The translations under genes and the position numbers were made by a program. 64,000 nucleotides of DNA. It comes from a virus (Duplodnaviria > Caudoviricetes). The DNA lies in the IMG/VR virus record IMGVR_UViG_3300032030_000047, positions 23,624 to 87,623 of that record. One strand, 5' to 3'. The notes under the pieces were generated by a model that was given only the letters and a program-made list of their open reading frames with translations, did no database searches and was not told the origin of the DNA. Below are positions 41,101 through 53,264 of the stretch, piece by piece; position 1 is the first letter of the stretch; the number at the start of each line of letters is the position of its first letter.

Positions 41101-44100
41101 TATCAGTACCAATATCTAATGTTTTAATATGATTTAAAGCGCGCAAGTCAAAAGAATAAGGATACATTGGCGCTAAATTGCCAATACCAGATAGACTATT
41201 CGCGCCAGAAATATAAATACGAGTCTCCTAGTAGTTACCAGGTGTTGTACGAGGATCTTTTAAATCATATACATATGTTTGACCCGCTTTCGCGCGAATT
41301 TGCGGCTGATAGTTACCATTACCAACTTGCACATTTAAGTACATATCTTGATAAGGAATTAACTGTAAATGATAATCTGGCGTAACAGCAATACCTTCTG
41401 TTGTAGCAGGCGTAGTACAGTTAAATTCAATAGTATTACTATTATCAGTAATATCAGATAAACGATATTTACTATTGAAGTAAACACCCTAATCCCTAAT
41501 CCATTGACGACGTTGATACTTCTTGCGTCCCTACATCATAGATGTTAAGAAGCGAGGATTTTGTTTTCCGACCGTGACCGAATTATCCATAGATAAGCCA
41601 GTAAATGTACGAATATATTTACGCTCAATATCTAGACGCCATACTTCTTCTGGGAAGCAGTCTTGGAATCTATCAAATTCATTGATAAGATTTTCAGCAT
41701 TAAAGCATTTGCTATCTGCGCGACTCATTACATCACGGATTTCATCTGCAAAAGTTGTGCGAAGTCTGCGCCAGAAAATAGAACCAGCACCGTTAAATGC
41801 ATAGCCAGACAATGCGTCACCTTCGGTACGATAATCCGTATCTTCTTTACCATATGGGAAAACAAGTGCACCATTGTTATCAATACCGGCAGCCGTGTCC
41901 ATATCGTAAGCCCATAGGTCAAAGGCATACTCTGTATAATAGGTCTTTTCAGGATCGATTTCTGTATCCTCAGTGGGTTCATATACACCGTCCTTTAATT
42001 CGTCATATACATGTAATAATGCTTTTACGGGCCTACTAACAGCATGATGCGTGCCAGTTTTAGCAAAATGCCAGAATGTATTCTTTGCGCGGTTATCCAT
42101 CATAGTGTAATAATGAGTGTAGGCATAGAAGAATTCCATTGCTGGCTTTACAAACCATTGCTCTGCTTCCGCTACATACTGTTCTTCTGTAGAAGTAATT
42201 AACCATTCATAGAAGGCTAACACTACTCCATGATTTAAATCGAACTAAGCATCATCATCTTGCCCAGCAGTTTTATTAATTAAATCACCGTCACGATAAT
42301 CACCGCAGCAAGCATAACGGAATTCGAATGAATGGTCACCGTCAAACTCTTCTACATCTAGTGCATAATGCTTATAATTCAAATGGATAATTTTATCCGC
42401 AAATAGTTTTGTATCTGCTAAAGGATCTAAAACTTGTACATTCCATTCGCTAGAACTAATAGGATATACATATTCCATTGGGTTTGGCGCTGTATACGGA
42501 GCGAAATATGGGCTTTCCTCATCGTTCCATCCAATCAGTGAAGCCGCTGTCCAAGTAGTGCCATCATATACCTGAATTGTACCTTCATTAACAGTAATCG
42601 CGCCAGCCTCATAAGTCTTTTCAGCATCATAGGCATTATAAGGTGTTTCAATTGCGCGATGACCATTGTAAGTAAAGACACCAGATTGGAATTGACCATT
42701 ATTTGTATTGTTATCGGAGTTTTCACAAGTAAATTCATTCATATCATTAGGATCATATGCACGAGTATAGTCAGTCTTTTTAGAATCGCCTATATTACCT
42801 AATGCATAGAAATGCCATTCCTTATCCTTAAACTCTGTATGTGTACTTAAATCATCAGCGGTTTCGCGCACAAACAGAACCGCAGGTACAAACTCCATAC
42901 TATTCTTGACTTTAACATTATTAGTATAACCATGTTTAGCCTTTTGCGCTGCTGTCGCAGGAGAATGATAAATGCCGTCAATAAAATCGTCATAGCGCTT
43001 CTGGAAGAGCGCATTATTGACATTCTCAGAGGAAGCAACATTTACCTTTAGATTGAAATAATTGTTTGGAACGGAAGTAGCCGTTAAGCTAACTTTACAA
43101 TCATCGCCTTTCCAATTATGACAAATCTCGTTTTCGTTTGCTTCGCGTGCGGGTGCCCAATGATAAATACCCGGTGAATTAGTATCTTCTACCCACTGAG
43201 ATGCATCTTCACCAATTAAAACAGAAGAAACATAATCGCTACTTGGCGTATAACCGCTCATATTTTTCTTCTTTGTTGGGTAATTAACTCCATCTGTAAT
43301 AAACAAGAAGTCAACATTGCGAGCGCTTTGTCCGTAGTTATCAGAAGTGGTTCCTTGACCTGAATGGAAACCGCCTTGGAAGAACCAGTTATCAGCATCG
43401 CCGCGAGACGGATAATCGTATTCAACTCCTTCTTCGCCTTTTGCATGTATACAACGTAAAGTAGAGTTCTAAACGAAATTCTTTTTACCTGTTGTAAACA
43501 CAGGTGTTTCTAGCATTAATACCTTAACATTTGGTACACGTTCTGCAAACTTAACTGGATCAAGAGAAGCGGTCTGAGAAGCAGAAATAAAATATTGCTC
43601 CTGTTGACTGTCCCAATAGATGCAGTTACGATCATGACGTGCAACTTTTTCTCCAATATCACGGCCATCAGCGATAAAGTTCTATAGGATATCTTCTGTA
43701 TCAAGAGATTGATTATAAATACGTAAGCGATAAATATATACATCACAATCATTAGAGCCAATACGGATAGTATTGTCATGATATAGTCCATCGCCGCCGG
43801 AGCCATATGTATAAGAATAAACCTTACTTGGTACGCCATCTTCATAAGACATAATAAAGTTATTCTTCGCTGCGGCATCATATTTATTAATGTTAATATC
43901 AAGCTCGATCTTGTCCTCTTCAGAATAAGGCATATATAAGTAACTGTTCGTTGCTAAAATCTCAGTTTCCACTTTGCCCATAGAGAGCCAGAAAGAAGAT
44001 GCATCTTTCGGATTCATCTTGGTCTCATCATCTTCAGTTTCGGGATCGTCTGTAATTGTCTTAATACATTTATATATAGTATCTTTATAAATTACAACAT

Positions 44101-47100
44101 CATTAATTTGATATGTGCCATCCGCGCTCCACTTAGGATATTCGGAAGCCGCCGCATCTTGATTAGAAGAAGCCGCTTTATCTGTCTTTAACCAGCCAGA
44201 ATGCGCTCCTAACTAAATACCAACTGTCTTTTCAGTTAAACTTCCTGTATTAGAAAGCCAAATAGCATCGATATTGCGGACGGCCTTAGTTTTAAAGATA
44301 ACCTTCATTTCCGCGCCACGATCAAATACAGTGGAATTGGCATTAGCGGGAGTATGTAATCCGCGTTTAAATAATGGATAGTTAAGATCTATATAAGACC
44401 CGGCTTTAATTACAAAGCACTTACCATCTTCATCTTCTTTATAACCGCCGCCGCTAATATCATTAGACCAGTTAAAGTTATCAGAAGTAGTAATGCTATA
44501 AGTTGCTACATTACTGCCGCTGCCAACTGTCCAACTGGGTAAGCGATTTGCGGAATTGTTAGTCAATGATGTAGGATCAAAATCAATAATTGCTCCCGCA
44601 ACTGGAGATACGTTAATATTAAGAGGTGTAACGTCTAAATTAACTGTAATTATCTCTTCATCGACTTTGATAGTAATTTTTGAATCATTCTCATTGGCGA
44701 TTACATAAGAAAAAGTTCCTGTATTTACGCCATCTAGGACTACGTGGTCATAAGGCTATTCACTGTCATTGAGATAATAATACACATCAATTGTAGAAGC
44801 ACCCTTCTTATAAACTTGATATGGAATCTCAATTGTAGAATATTGCTGCGCAGTAACAGTTTGTCCATCTAAAGGAGAAGCAATTAGTACTGGTGTATCT
44901 TCATTATCAACATCATACCAAATGTATTCACGAATTAGACTTGCAGTTGTTTGAGGTACGCCGCCGATTGAAGCAGTTAAATACATTTCAATCTTATGGG
45001 TGCCATGTTCTTGCGCGGGAATCGTATAATAAGCAGTACGTCCAGAAGTTGTTGCAACTAGAGTTGTTCCTTCAGGCACTAGAGCTACTCCATCCACCTT
45101 TACAAATAACTTCTTAGTAAGCGCGCCGAAAGGTGTATATGGGAAAGAGAAAGATTCTGTGCTATCAATTAACTGAGTTAATGGAGCGTCAGATTCCAAG
45201 CGTAAGTCAACTAAGTTTACAACCCAGTCTTTACCCTGCGGTTCACCATTCGTGGTAACAGTTAATTCAAAACTTGTATTACCGGCCTTACAATATTTAG
45301 TAACATCAAATTGATAATAACCATTAGTACCCTCTTTAAAGCCATCAACTGTTTCACCAAATGCACCGCTAGGAATTGTTCCAGTTTCAATAACTGTATT
45401 GCCACTCTTTAAAACAAATGTACCAGCGCTACTTTCTTCTGGTTCAACTTGATTTTGTTCGTTTACATTGGTTGTCCAATAGGAATAGAATACTTGTAGA
45501 AGAATGGTACTACCAACAATTTTTTGTATTTGCTGGTCGCCAATACGTGTTAAACGTTTTCTTACGCCACCTGCCGCGGCACCACCGCCACCTTTAGGCA
45601 ATGCAACACGATTGAAATAGGCTTTTTCTTCTGTATCAGTATTGTTTGTATCAGCATAATCATACTGATATAGATTTAAATAAGTAACAGCATTATCGCC
45701 TTCGCCTTCTTCTGATAAACCGATATTATAACGCTTAATTTTATTTAAATCAACAATTTGTCCTATTTCAATTTCTCGTAGACCTTCTCCGCTAGTATTA
45801 GGAACATAACGATAATGATGGATACCGTCTTCCCGAGCGACATAATAATCTGTATTTACTGCTACATCTTCGTCCGTAAGAGCATCATAGTCAGCAGCAG
45901 TCATATCAAAGCCAGAGCTATTGCCGCCATCCGATCCGCCACCACTAATTAGTGCCCACTCGAATGTGTCGGGAGAAGAACCAGTTTGAATATATTTCCA
46001 ATAATAGTACTTATCTTCTTTTTGTAAGAGATAATCTACATCTGTAGAAAGGGTTATTGGAATAGTTTTGGTACTATCGGTGTAAATAGTTGGCGCGCCA
46101 GTAGCCGCATCATATGTAATTCTATCAGCCTCTATTACAGTCGTAGCAGACTTTGGTTGAGACTCTAATGTACTTACTCTGCCCGCTAAGTCACTTACAG
46201 ATTGCTGAGTTGCTGTAGTATTTTCAAGCACTGTTACTCGTTCAGTTAAGCCACCAGCGTCATTATCACCAGCCGCATGAGAAATAGCTGCCTCAATACT
46301 ATCAAAGCGTGCATCAAGTGTATCTTCATTTGTACGATGCGCACTTGCAATTTCCCCTTCAATCGTATCAACACGTGTACTTGTCTCAACTAAGCGCCCA
46401 TTTTCATCACGCGCCATAGCTAGTTCGCGCGCAAAGCTTTGAATATCGGCTTCTAAATCATCAATTTTAGTATTGGTATTCTTAATTACGTCTTGGTCAT
46501 CTAGCATTGCTAGTTCAGTCGCAATTGCATGTAAGTCTGCCGCGACTGCTGCTGCATTAGATTCAATAGTAGTTAAGCGGCTATTCAAGTTCTATGCATT
46601 CTCGGTATGCGTTGCAGCAACTTCGCTTTGAAGTGCAGCGATATCCGCTTCGGCGTCGAGGAACCGCTTATTCAGAGAATCAACTATTACTTCTTCAGTC
46701 TCTGGGTCAGTGCCTAAATCACGATGTGCCGTATTGATTTCTGTTTCTATGTCATCGAAACGTGCATCTAGAGTATCTGAGCCGTCCCGATGCGCTGCGT
46801 CAATTTCACTAATATGAGCATTATCAGCATAAGCTTTAGCATTAGCTTCCGCAGTTGATGCGGCAGAAGTAATTGCGGCTGCAACAGTATTAGTAGCATC
46901 ATATGTGCCACCAATCATATCGCGTAAAGCTTTACCCATATTGGCACTTAGTGGCTTATTAGTATCAGTATGAATTAAGTCATTAACAATATCAGTAGTA
47001 TTAACCTTGTTATCATTCAAACTACCTACATTACCTAGTAACGTATTAATTTGTGCATCTAGCGCAGCAAAACGTTTTGCTAATGTATCAGGAGCTTCAC

Positions 47101-47740
47101 CTTCTGCAACAGCGCGACGAGCCTCATCTACTTCAGCCTATAACTGAGTTAATTGAGCCATACGTGCGGCGAGAGTTGAGTTTTCTCCTGCGGCGGATTC
47201 AATTGTTAAAATCGCGGCCTTAGCACTATCTATATTTAAATCTATATTTCTTAGATGTAAATATAAAGAATCATACTATACATTAGCTACGCTATCTGTA
47301 CGGGCACTACGTACTTCTAGTTTAGTTAAGTCTGTAGTATCAGTCAAGCCAGTAATTGCATTATAAACAGTATTAACGCTGGAAAAAGCATCCTCTGTTT
47401 CACCAGTTTCTGGATTATTTTTCGAGCCAAGCATACTCTTAATCGCCGCAGTATTTTGTTCATCTGTATCAAAGCGATTTTTTAATGAGCTATACTTGTC
47501 TTCCATAGCTGTAATAATTTCCGTCTTTGCCCATGCGCCTTGGCCGGCTCCTTGATCTACGAGAGCTTGTACCTAAACTGTAGTAGGACGTTCTGCTAAC
47601 TACTCTGGTAAGTCTTTCACCGAAAGTAAGACATCTCTATTAGTTTTTACGCCTTCTTCTAGATTATCCATACGTTCAGCTGTAATTGGCATTTCCGCGG
47701 CCCACTACGTTTTAGTATATGCGTCTAAATTAAAAGCCAT
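38159..47740 (-). CDS. Giant tail-associated protein (3,193 aa): coiled coil, beta domains, CotH-kinase-like domain, LRRs, InlB-B-like repeats
   Basis: Thirteen minus-strand track ORFs are in one frame; DNRAKNTF...AYDMDTAAGIDNNG; LPDNIPLLERLNLKNC LRR; length 9,582 nt. Intervening segments were only spot-checked for TAA/TGA. Confidence 0.75.
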
Positions 47741-47865
47741 TCATTTTACCTCCTTTTTCTCAAAATTAAAATAGCGCCATCATTTGATGGCGCCGAAACA
47801 TTTTTCCTCATAATAGAGAGGGTAAAGTAAAAATGATATTTAGGTTTTTGTTGCGAGGGTTAAAA

Positions 47866-48288
47866 TTATTTTAGGTGTTCAGTAGCATACCCGTCCTCGG
47901 TAGTGTAAGAAATCTTGGTAATGCCATACTCGCGCAGCATTGCAAGACACGACGGGCACGGGCGCGACGGCGCAAGAGAACCATCGGCATATTCACGATA
48001 AAGATAGATATGTACCTTATTCCACTGTATTGAATCGCCAAACTTCCACCGCAAACGTTGCAGAAGCGCGGTTTCTGCGTGTACCTTTGGAAGAGTGTTG
48101 CTGCCGCGATAGCGATACACATTATAGCGCGCTTGTAGCGGTGAAGTTTTATCGGAATTGCTGGCACTTGCAACAATGGAGCCTTTATAAACTGCCACAG
48201 CGCCAATTGAAGGAGAGAAGTGGTGAGAACCGTGATATGTAGATTCTTTTGCGGCCTCGCGCGCAAACTTAAAATAACGTTCGTTCAT
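47866..48288 (-). CDS. Zinc-dependent cytidine/dCMP-deaminase-fold protein
   Basis: HAE and RPCPSC motifs. Confidence 0.85.
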   Translation of the reverse strand: MNERYFKFAREAAKESTYHGSHHFSPSIGAVAVYKGSIVASASNSDKTSPLQARYNVYRYRGSNTLPKVHAETALLQRLRWKFGDSIQWNKVHIYLYREYADGSLAPSRPCPSCLAMLREYGITKISYTTEDGYATEHLK

Positions 48289-48455
48289 TCATCTGTCTCC
48301 AATCTGTCAGCATGTACTTCGTATAGAACGCCTTCAGTGTGAATACGTTGGATGTAGCCTTCACAAATAGCGTCCAATATTAGTTTTATATAATGAGTAT
48401 CAGTTACTGTATGTTTTGTTTCTATATATTTGTTAAGTTTTTCCAATGCACTCAT
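48285..48455 (-). CDS. Hypothetical protein (56 aa)
   Basis: AAGGAG RBS after a promoter; ATGA overlap. Confidence 0.6.
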   Translation of the reverse strand: MSALEKLNKYIETKHTVTDTHYIKLILDAICEGYIQRIHTEGVLYEVHADRLETDE

Positions 48456-48530
48456 AATTTTCTCCTTTCATAAGTATATTATATCATAGATTTGAGATAA
48501 GTCAAATACTTATAGTTAGAGGTGGTATAT

Positions 48531-49139
48531 ATGAAAGTTAAGATTACAACTAACACAAATATGGAGTATTATAAGTGCGCGAAAAATACTATTATAGATG
48601 TTGACCTTGAAGACTACGTAACTTGCGTTGTCGCTTCAGAAGTAGGTAATGCGCCGCTTGAAGCCTGTAAAGCTTAGGCCGTCGCGGCAAGAAGCTTTGC
48701 AATTGCAAGAGGGGTACTTTCGGGAAAAGTAATATCTGATAGTAGCGCGACCGCGCAAGCCTATAGAGCAAATAGAATTGGATATGCTACTTGCGCGAAA
48801 GCCGCATGGGAAACTAAAGGATAGGTACTTACCTATAATGATAATGTTATAAGCGCTAATTATTGCGAAGCAAATGGCGGGCGTACTTATTCTAGTGAGG
48901 AAGTATGGGGCACTAAAAAACCATACCTAATCGCGCAGCTAGACCCATGGGACTCTAGCGCGAAAAGCGGTCATGGAGTAGGGATGAGTTAGAAAGGCGC
49001 TGTCGCCGCAGCACGGGCCGGAAAAACATACAAAGAAATACTAGGATTTTATTATCCGGGCGCAAAAGTATCCTTGAGCCGTCCCGCAATACTGCATATA
49101 ATACGTGGCCTGATACAAAAAATAATGGCGAGACTTTGA
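48531..49139 (+). CDS. SpoIID/LytB-family peptidoglycan lytic transglycosylase (202 aa, 3 TAG)
   Basis: LEDYV..VVASE, KA*AVAARS, GHGVGMS*KGA, YKEILGFYYPG. Absent from the ORF track. Confidence 0.9.
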
Positions 49140-49157
49140 GTCTCGCCCTTTATTTTT

Positions 49158-49613
49158 TTATTCTTCTTCTTCATCGTCACTTTTCGGAATTAGCGTCGCC
49201 AGTTTGTCTTCAACACGCTTCGTATTATCAGCAAGCTTTATCCCGAAATTATTAAAATGTTCTACCATATCGCCAAGCCGCCCATCAATTAGCTGAACGA
49301 AGTAGTTTGCGCGCCTAAAGAAACTCTTATAACACTTGTCCTTCGCGCGCGAATAAGCCAGCAATTTTCCTGCCTCTTCATTCCACGGGTCTTCAGCCGC
49401 GCACACAGCCTTACCCATAAAAGAGTTAGGCATTAGAAGTGACTGAAATACTGAACGACTATAGCCGAAATCTGCTAGGCTTATGTCATTAAAATTAAAG
49501 TTTTCCTCAATGTAATCTACTACCATTGTTTTTGTATTAGGAATAACGCAAACAACCGTGCGCGCATCCTCATCTACATAAAAGCGACAATTTGACATCT
49601 TAATACCCTTCAT
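49158..49613 (-). CDS. Hypothetical phage protein
   Basis: GKAVC...D.W.E..G..LA..RA pattern; own promoter. Confidence 0.7.
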   Translation of the reverse strand: MKGIKMSNCRFYVDEDARTVVCVIPNTKTMVVDYIEENFNFNDISLADFGYSRSVFQSLLMPNSFMGKAVCAAEDPWNEEAGKLLAYSRAKDKCYKSFFRRANYFVQLIDGRLGDMVEHFNNFGIKLADNTKRVEDKLATLIPKSDDEEEE

Positions 49614-49651
49614 TTTTTTATCTCCTTTTTTCTTTTATTATACTATAATTT

Positions 49652-50056
49652 TTATTGGTTGTCAAGTCTTTCCTATAGCTCATAAATTTGATTTTGTAAA
49701 TTATTTAATAGACCGTGTAATAGAGCATTCTCATCTTTAAGAAACGCTATATCGGACTTGTATTGACCAATCATATCATCATGATAAGCTACCGTGTTAT
49801 TCATTTCCTTACGCATCTCATTTAGAAAATCAATATCTTCCTCTAAGTCATCCAAATGCTTATCGGTAGAGCTACAATATTCTTTTAATTTATCTTCTAT
49901 CAATTGTTCCCATGGGTTACAATTAGTAGTGGCAATGACCGTTGGATTAACTGTAAGGGCAGACGTATCTATTGTAAGAAAGGACTTGTTTACTGGTGTT
50001 CCTAGTGTTGCTAATATATCCTGTACACTTTGACAACATATTCTATTATCTTCCAT
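49652..50056 (-). CDS. Coiled-coil hypothetical protein
   Basis: GGAGG RBS; extends 7 codons past its TAG under code 15. Confidence 0.65.
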
Positions 50057-50076
50057 TTCAATTGCGCCTCCTTATA

Positions 50077-50310
50077 TTAAAAGAACCTGTGTCGTTCTGC
50101 TTGTACTGTATCACCAGCCTTTACATTAACATTCGGTGACTCGAATGTTGACATTTCTATTTCAATACTGGCGCCTCTTATAGTAAGTATTTGCTCATAT
50201 GAGTTGCCATCTGAATTAGAGTCTAGTCCTGTTATTTCTAAGTCCCATGTTCCATCTTTATTACGGGTTCCAAAAATTTCATCACCATTAAACATTATAT
50301 TTTTCACCAT
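50077..50310 (-). CDS. Hypothetical protein
   Basis: Packed ORF in an operon. Confidence 0.6.
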   Translation of the reverse strand: MVKNIMFNGDEIFGTRNKDGTWDLEITGLDSNSDGNSYEQILTIRGASIEIEMSTFESPNVNVKAGDTVQAERHRFF

Positions 50311-50319
50311 CCAATATTA

Positions 50320-50535
50320 TTACTCCTGAATAATTTTAAGTTGTGTTCGCATAGTAACGGTATTAGTAGATAAATCTCTATCCATATGTACCTTAATCAA
50401 ATCCTCATTGATAATGAAATCAACAAGTTGTTGCGCCAAATCTTGACGTATATAGTTCTCTAGGTCTTGAGGGTCCATTTTTCGCCACTGCCAATCACTT
50501 AGAATTGTAGCGGCCTTAAGAACTGTTGTATTCAT
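50320..50535 (-). CDS. Hypothetical protein
   Basis: AGGAG RBS after a promoter. Confidence 0.65.
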   Translation of the reverse strand: MNTTVLKAATILSDWQWRKMDPQDLENYIRQDLAQQLVDFIINEDLIKVHMDRDLSTNTVTMRTQLKIIQE

Positions 50536-50621
50536 AATCTACTCCTTTCTATATACATATTATAGTATAAATTTAGACAAAAGTCAAATAAAAAAAGAGG
50601 CGGCATTTCTGCCGCCATATA

Positions 50622-51068
50622 TTATTCTTTTGTCCAAGATTCTGACTTATGTATAATGCCGCTGCCGCCAGTAATTTTACTAGCAACGAATGTTACATTT
50701 GGAAATTTAGTATTGCCATAACCAAACTCAAGTTGAGTATGATAAGAGCGGCAAGCCGCACTATATACAGGTTGTACTTCAATTCCTTTTGTATAAGTGT
50801 CTCCATCATGACGAATAGAGTGAACAAAGAAATCAGATATATTTCCTTTAGACCAAGTTTCATTGTATTTCCCAACTACTTCGTCTTTCTCATTTGTTAC
50901 CATACATGATACAAAAGTCATATTAGGATAACTTGGGTTATTGTATGCCATTTTCATTTGTGCATGAAAGGACTAGATTGCGGAGTCGAGAGTATCATGT
51001 ACTTCGATTCCTGTATTATAAGTGCCTCCATCTTTACGAATACGATGGAGAAAGAATTTGTTTTCCAT
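50622..51068 (-). CDS. Hypothetical protein with an internal tandem domain duplication (148 aa, 1 TAG)
   Basis: FFLHRIRKDGGTYNTGIEV / FFVHSIRHDGDTYTKGIEV; AGGAGG RBS. Confidence 0.75.
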
Positions 51069-51139
51069 GGTAATATTCCTCCTTGATAGAATTTTACTTC
51101 ATATAATATGTATCAAAAGCCAAGATAAACTTCATCATT

Positions 51140-51379
51140 TTATCCAAGACCACGAATTTTTTTCACAAAATTATAAGCATCAGCATATGTATCATAAAGA
51201 AAGAACTACTCGTTAATATTCTCGGGCTCTTCTATACGGATCGGCCGCCGCAACTACTCGTCCTCATACTAAAACTCCTTAATTGCCCACCACTAATCAT
51301 TATGCGAAAAGACAAGACGGGAAGCCGCCTTGTCTATTGGGTCGTATTTATTATAAATGTCAATAATAAACTTCGTCAT
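51140..51379 (-). CDS. Hypothetical protein (79 aa, 4 TAG)
   Basis: ATGA overlap with the upstream gene; visible only in code 15. Confidence 0.6.
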
Positions 51380-51873
51380 TTGATTTCAAAGTGCTGGTAG
51401 ATAGTATTTTCAGGCACATATAGCACTATTTGGACTACGTTGCCCGGCACGTTTAGAAGATAATCATACCAGTGTATGAAGCCAGTACATCTCATAACAG
51501 AAAGATGTGGCGGCACTTCATTGCTTTCGCGCACATAAACACGGCTTGCGCGCACCTTGTTCATCTGGTAGCCCGCATCGGTTTCTGCCATATAGTAATA
51601 GTAGATGTCATTATCTACGCGCCCGGTGCCTAGGAAAAATGCGCCGTCTGCGGCGGCATCAGTGCGCAATGAGATTATGGGAGTATCGGTTGTACTATAC
51701 TCACACTTGTCAATAGGAATAGCTTCGCTCCAAAGCGCAGATATGAGGAGGAATATTCCGGCCCATAGAGCTACAAGGCAACCTTTTCCAACATACGAGC
51801 CGTCCCGTTTCACAACAGCAGTGATAATACCTACAATAAGGGCTGCCGCGGCAACAGCAATACTAACTATCAT
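51376..51873 (-). CDS. Membrane protein
   Basis: Two N-terminal TM helices; GAFFLGTG motif. Confidence 0.7.
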   Translation of the reverse strand: MIVSIAVAAAALIVGIITAVVKRDGSYVGKGCLVALWAGIFLLISALWSEAIPIDKCEYSTTDTPIISLRTDAAADGAFFLGTGRVDNDIYYYYMAETDAGYQMNKVRASRVYVRESNEVPPHLSVMRCTGFIHWYDYLLNVPGNVVQIVLYVPENTIYQHFEIK

Positions 51874-51876
51874 ACT

Positions 51877-52254
51877 TTACCTCCCAAGATTTTTAACAAC
51901 ATAGTCAACGATTTCCTTAATCTGGGCTATAGTCCAGTTAACGTTATCGTGTGTTAGGGTTCGCGCGACTAGTATTTCAACACTAGTTTCCTTATTTGGA
52001 AGGAAAATAGCGGCAATAATTGAAATAAAGGTTACAATGCCCAGACCTATCGTTGCGCGTCTGCTAATGCGCGCGTATTCCTTATAGCGCTCGCACTCAT
52101 ACTCTATCCATTCAGTATAGTTATAAATCCATATAAAGGCGCATACAACAGTACCTACGCCGCTAAAGCACGCAAGTATAGTAGTAAAATCTTTTAGGCT
52201 ATTAAATACATTAAACCAATAGAAAGTAGAAGGATTGATAATATAATCAGTCAT
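51877..52254 (-). CDS. Membrane protein
   Basis: MTDYIINPSTFYW; two TM helices. Confidence 0.7.
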   Translation of the reverse strand: MTDYIINPSTFYWFNVFNSLKDFTTILACFSGVGTVVCAFIWIYNYTEWIEYECERYKEYARISRRATIGLGIVTFISIIAAIFLPNKETSVEILVARTLTHDNVNWTIAQIKEIVDYVVKNLGR

Positions 52255-52256
52255 TA

Positions 52257-53033
52257 TTATTTCTCCTTATGATATACAATATCGTTGATGTAATTTGGAT
52301 GCTCATGAAAAATTGGAATATTCTCATGCAGTTCCCATTTCATACGAGAAACATTTCCATCCACTAGAGTTGGTTCTCGTTTCGCGCAAACACCACGTTT
52401 GAGACCCAATGGATAGTTATTCCAATTAATACCTGCCTGTGTAAAAAGCATATTTTGAATATCGTTACAAGATTTGTGGTCGAGTTCTTTATTAGAAAAA
52501 TAAGCTTGGCCTACAGACTGGATAGAATTGCGCGTACAATCCTGCTGCCTATATTCAAAAGCGTTAAGAACTTCCTCGCGCGGCACGATGAAAGCGCGCG
52601 AATCGAAGAGAGCAAGGCGCTCATGTTCATAGGCGCGATTCAGACCTTGAGAAGCATGACCTTCATACACCACTTTCGCTACTTCGTTATTGAAGAAGTT
52701 AGTAGCCATCGCGGCGGAAACGCTTACAATTTTCTGTAGATTTTTCCCAAACCAAGCATCGGTTTCAATGGTATCGTCATCAGTGATGAGGATAGTGATT
52801 TCATCCGACTGCGTATAAGCAAGCTTGGCGCCCATAATATTTTCGCATAGGCGCAGCATCATGTTGCGCATACAGGTAAGAAAGCTTATGTCGAATGGGC
52901 GATCGAATCCTTTGGTGAAGCTATGAAAATGTACTCCGTCCAGTCGAACAATGAGGGGTTCGCGCCGAGTAAGGTATCTCCGCTCGATATTTTCATAGGC
53001 TTTCATACGGTCGCCTAGTGAGGTTTTATCCAT
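52257..53033 (-). CDS. thg1: tRNA(His) guanylyltransferase / Thg1-like 3'-5' polymerase
   Basis: RLDG..FH.FT, YTQSDEI, FDSRAF, RQQDCTRNSI. Confidence 0.92.
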   Translation of the reverse strand: MDKTSLGDRMKAYENIERRYLTRREPLIVRLDGVHFHSFTKGFDRPFDISFLTCMRNMMLRLCENIMGAKLAYTQSDEITILITDDDTIETDAWFGKNLQKIVSVSAAMATNFFNNEVAKVVYEGHASQGLNRAYEHERLALFDSRAFIVPREEVLNAFEYRQQDCTRNSIQSVGQAYFSNKELDHKSCNDIQNMLFTQAGINWNNYPLGLKRGVCAKREPTLVDGNVSRMKWELHENIPIFHEHPNYINDIVYHKEK

Positions 53034-53051
53034 TATAATATACTCCTTTAC

Positions 53052-53264
53052 TTAGTAGATAAATAAATCAAGATAATCCGGCTCTAGCGACAAATCCGTT
53101 CTTAGAATGTCCTCTGCAAGAGTCAAATCTCCATTATAGAACGCAGTTTCCATCTCTGCGGCCGCAAAGTGAATTGCGGCAAGCTCTTCCTCATAAGTGA
53201 TACCGTCCCGCGCAGCAAGCATCTGCGCGAGTTCTTCAAGAGTGCGTGGCATATTCATTCCCAA
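53052..53264 (-). CDS. Hypothetical protein
   Basis: GAGGAG RBS; LSLEPDY motif. Confidence 0.65.
   Translation of the reverse strand: MGMNMPRTLEELAQMLAARDGITYEEELAAIHFAAAEMETAFYNGDLTLAEDILRTDLSLEPDYLDLFIY

Noticed and set aside
11734-47740. Fragmented ORFs read as pseudogenes or sequencing errors
   Set aside because: Breaks are almost always TAG in a single frame, at Gln-conserved positions; recoding explains them. The only true frameshift found is the G8 tract.
48531-49139. TAG as pyrrolysine, selenocysteine or a true stop
   Set aside because: TAG occupies invariant Gln sites in SpoIID and paralog alignments and is too frequent for Pyl; Sec uses TGA.
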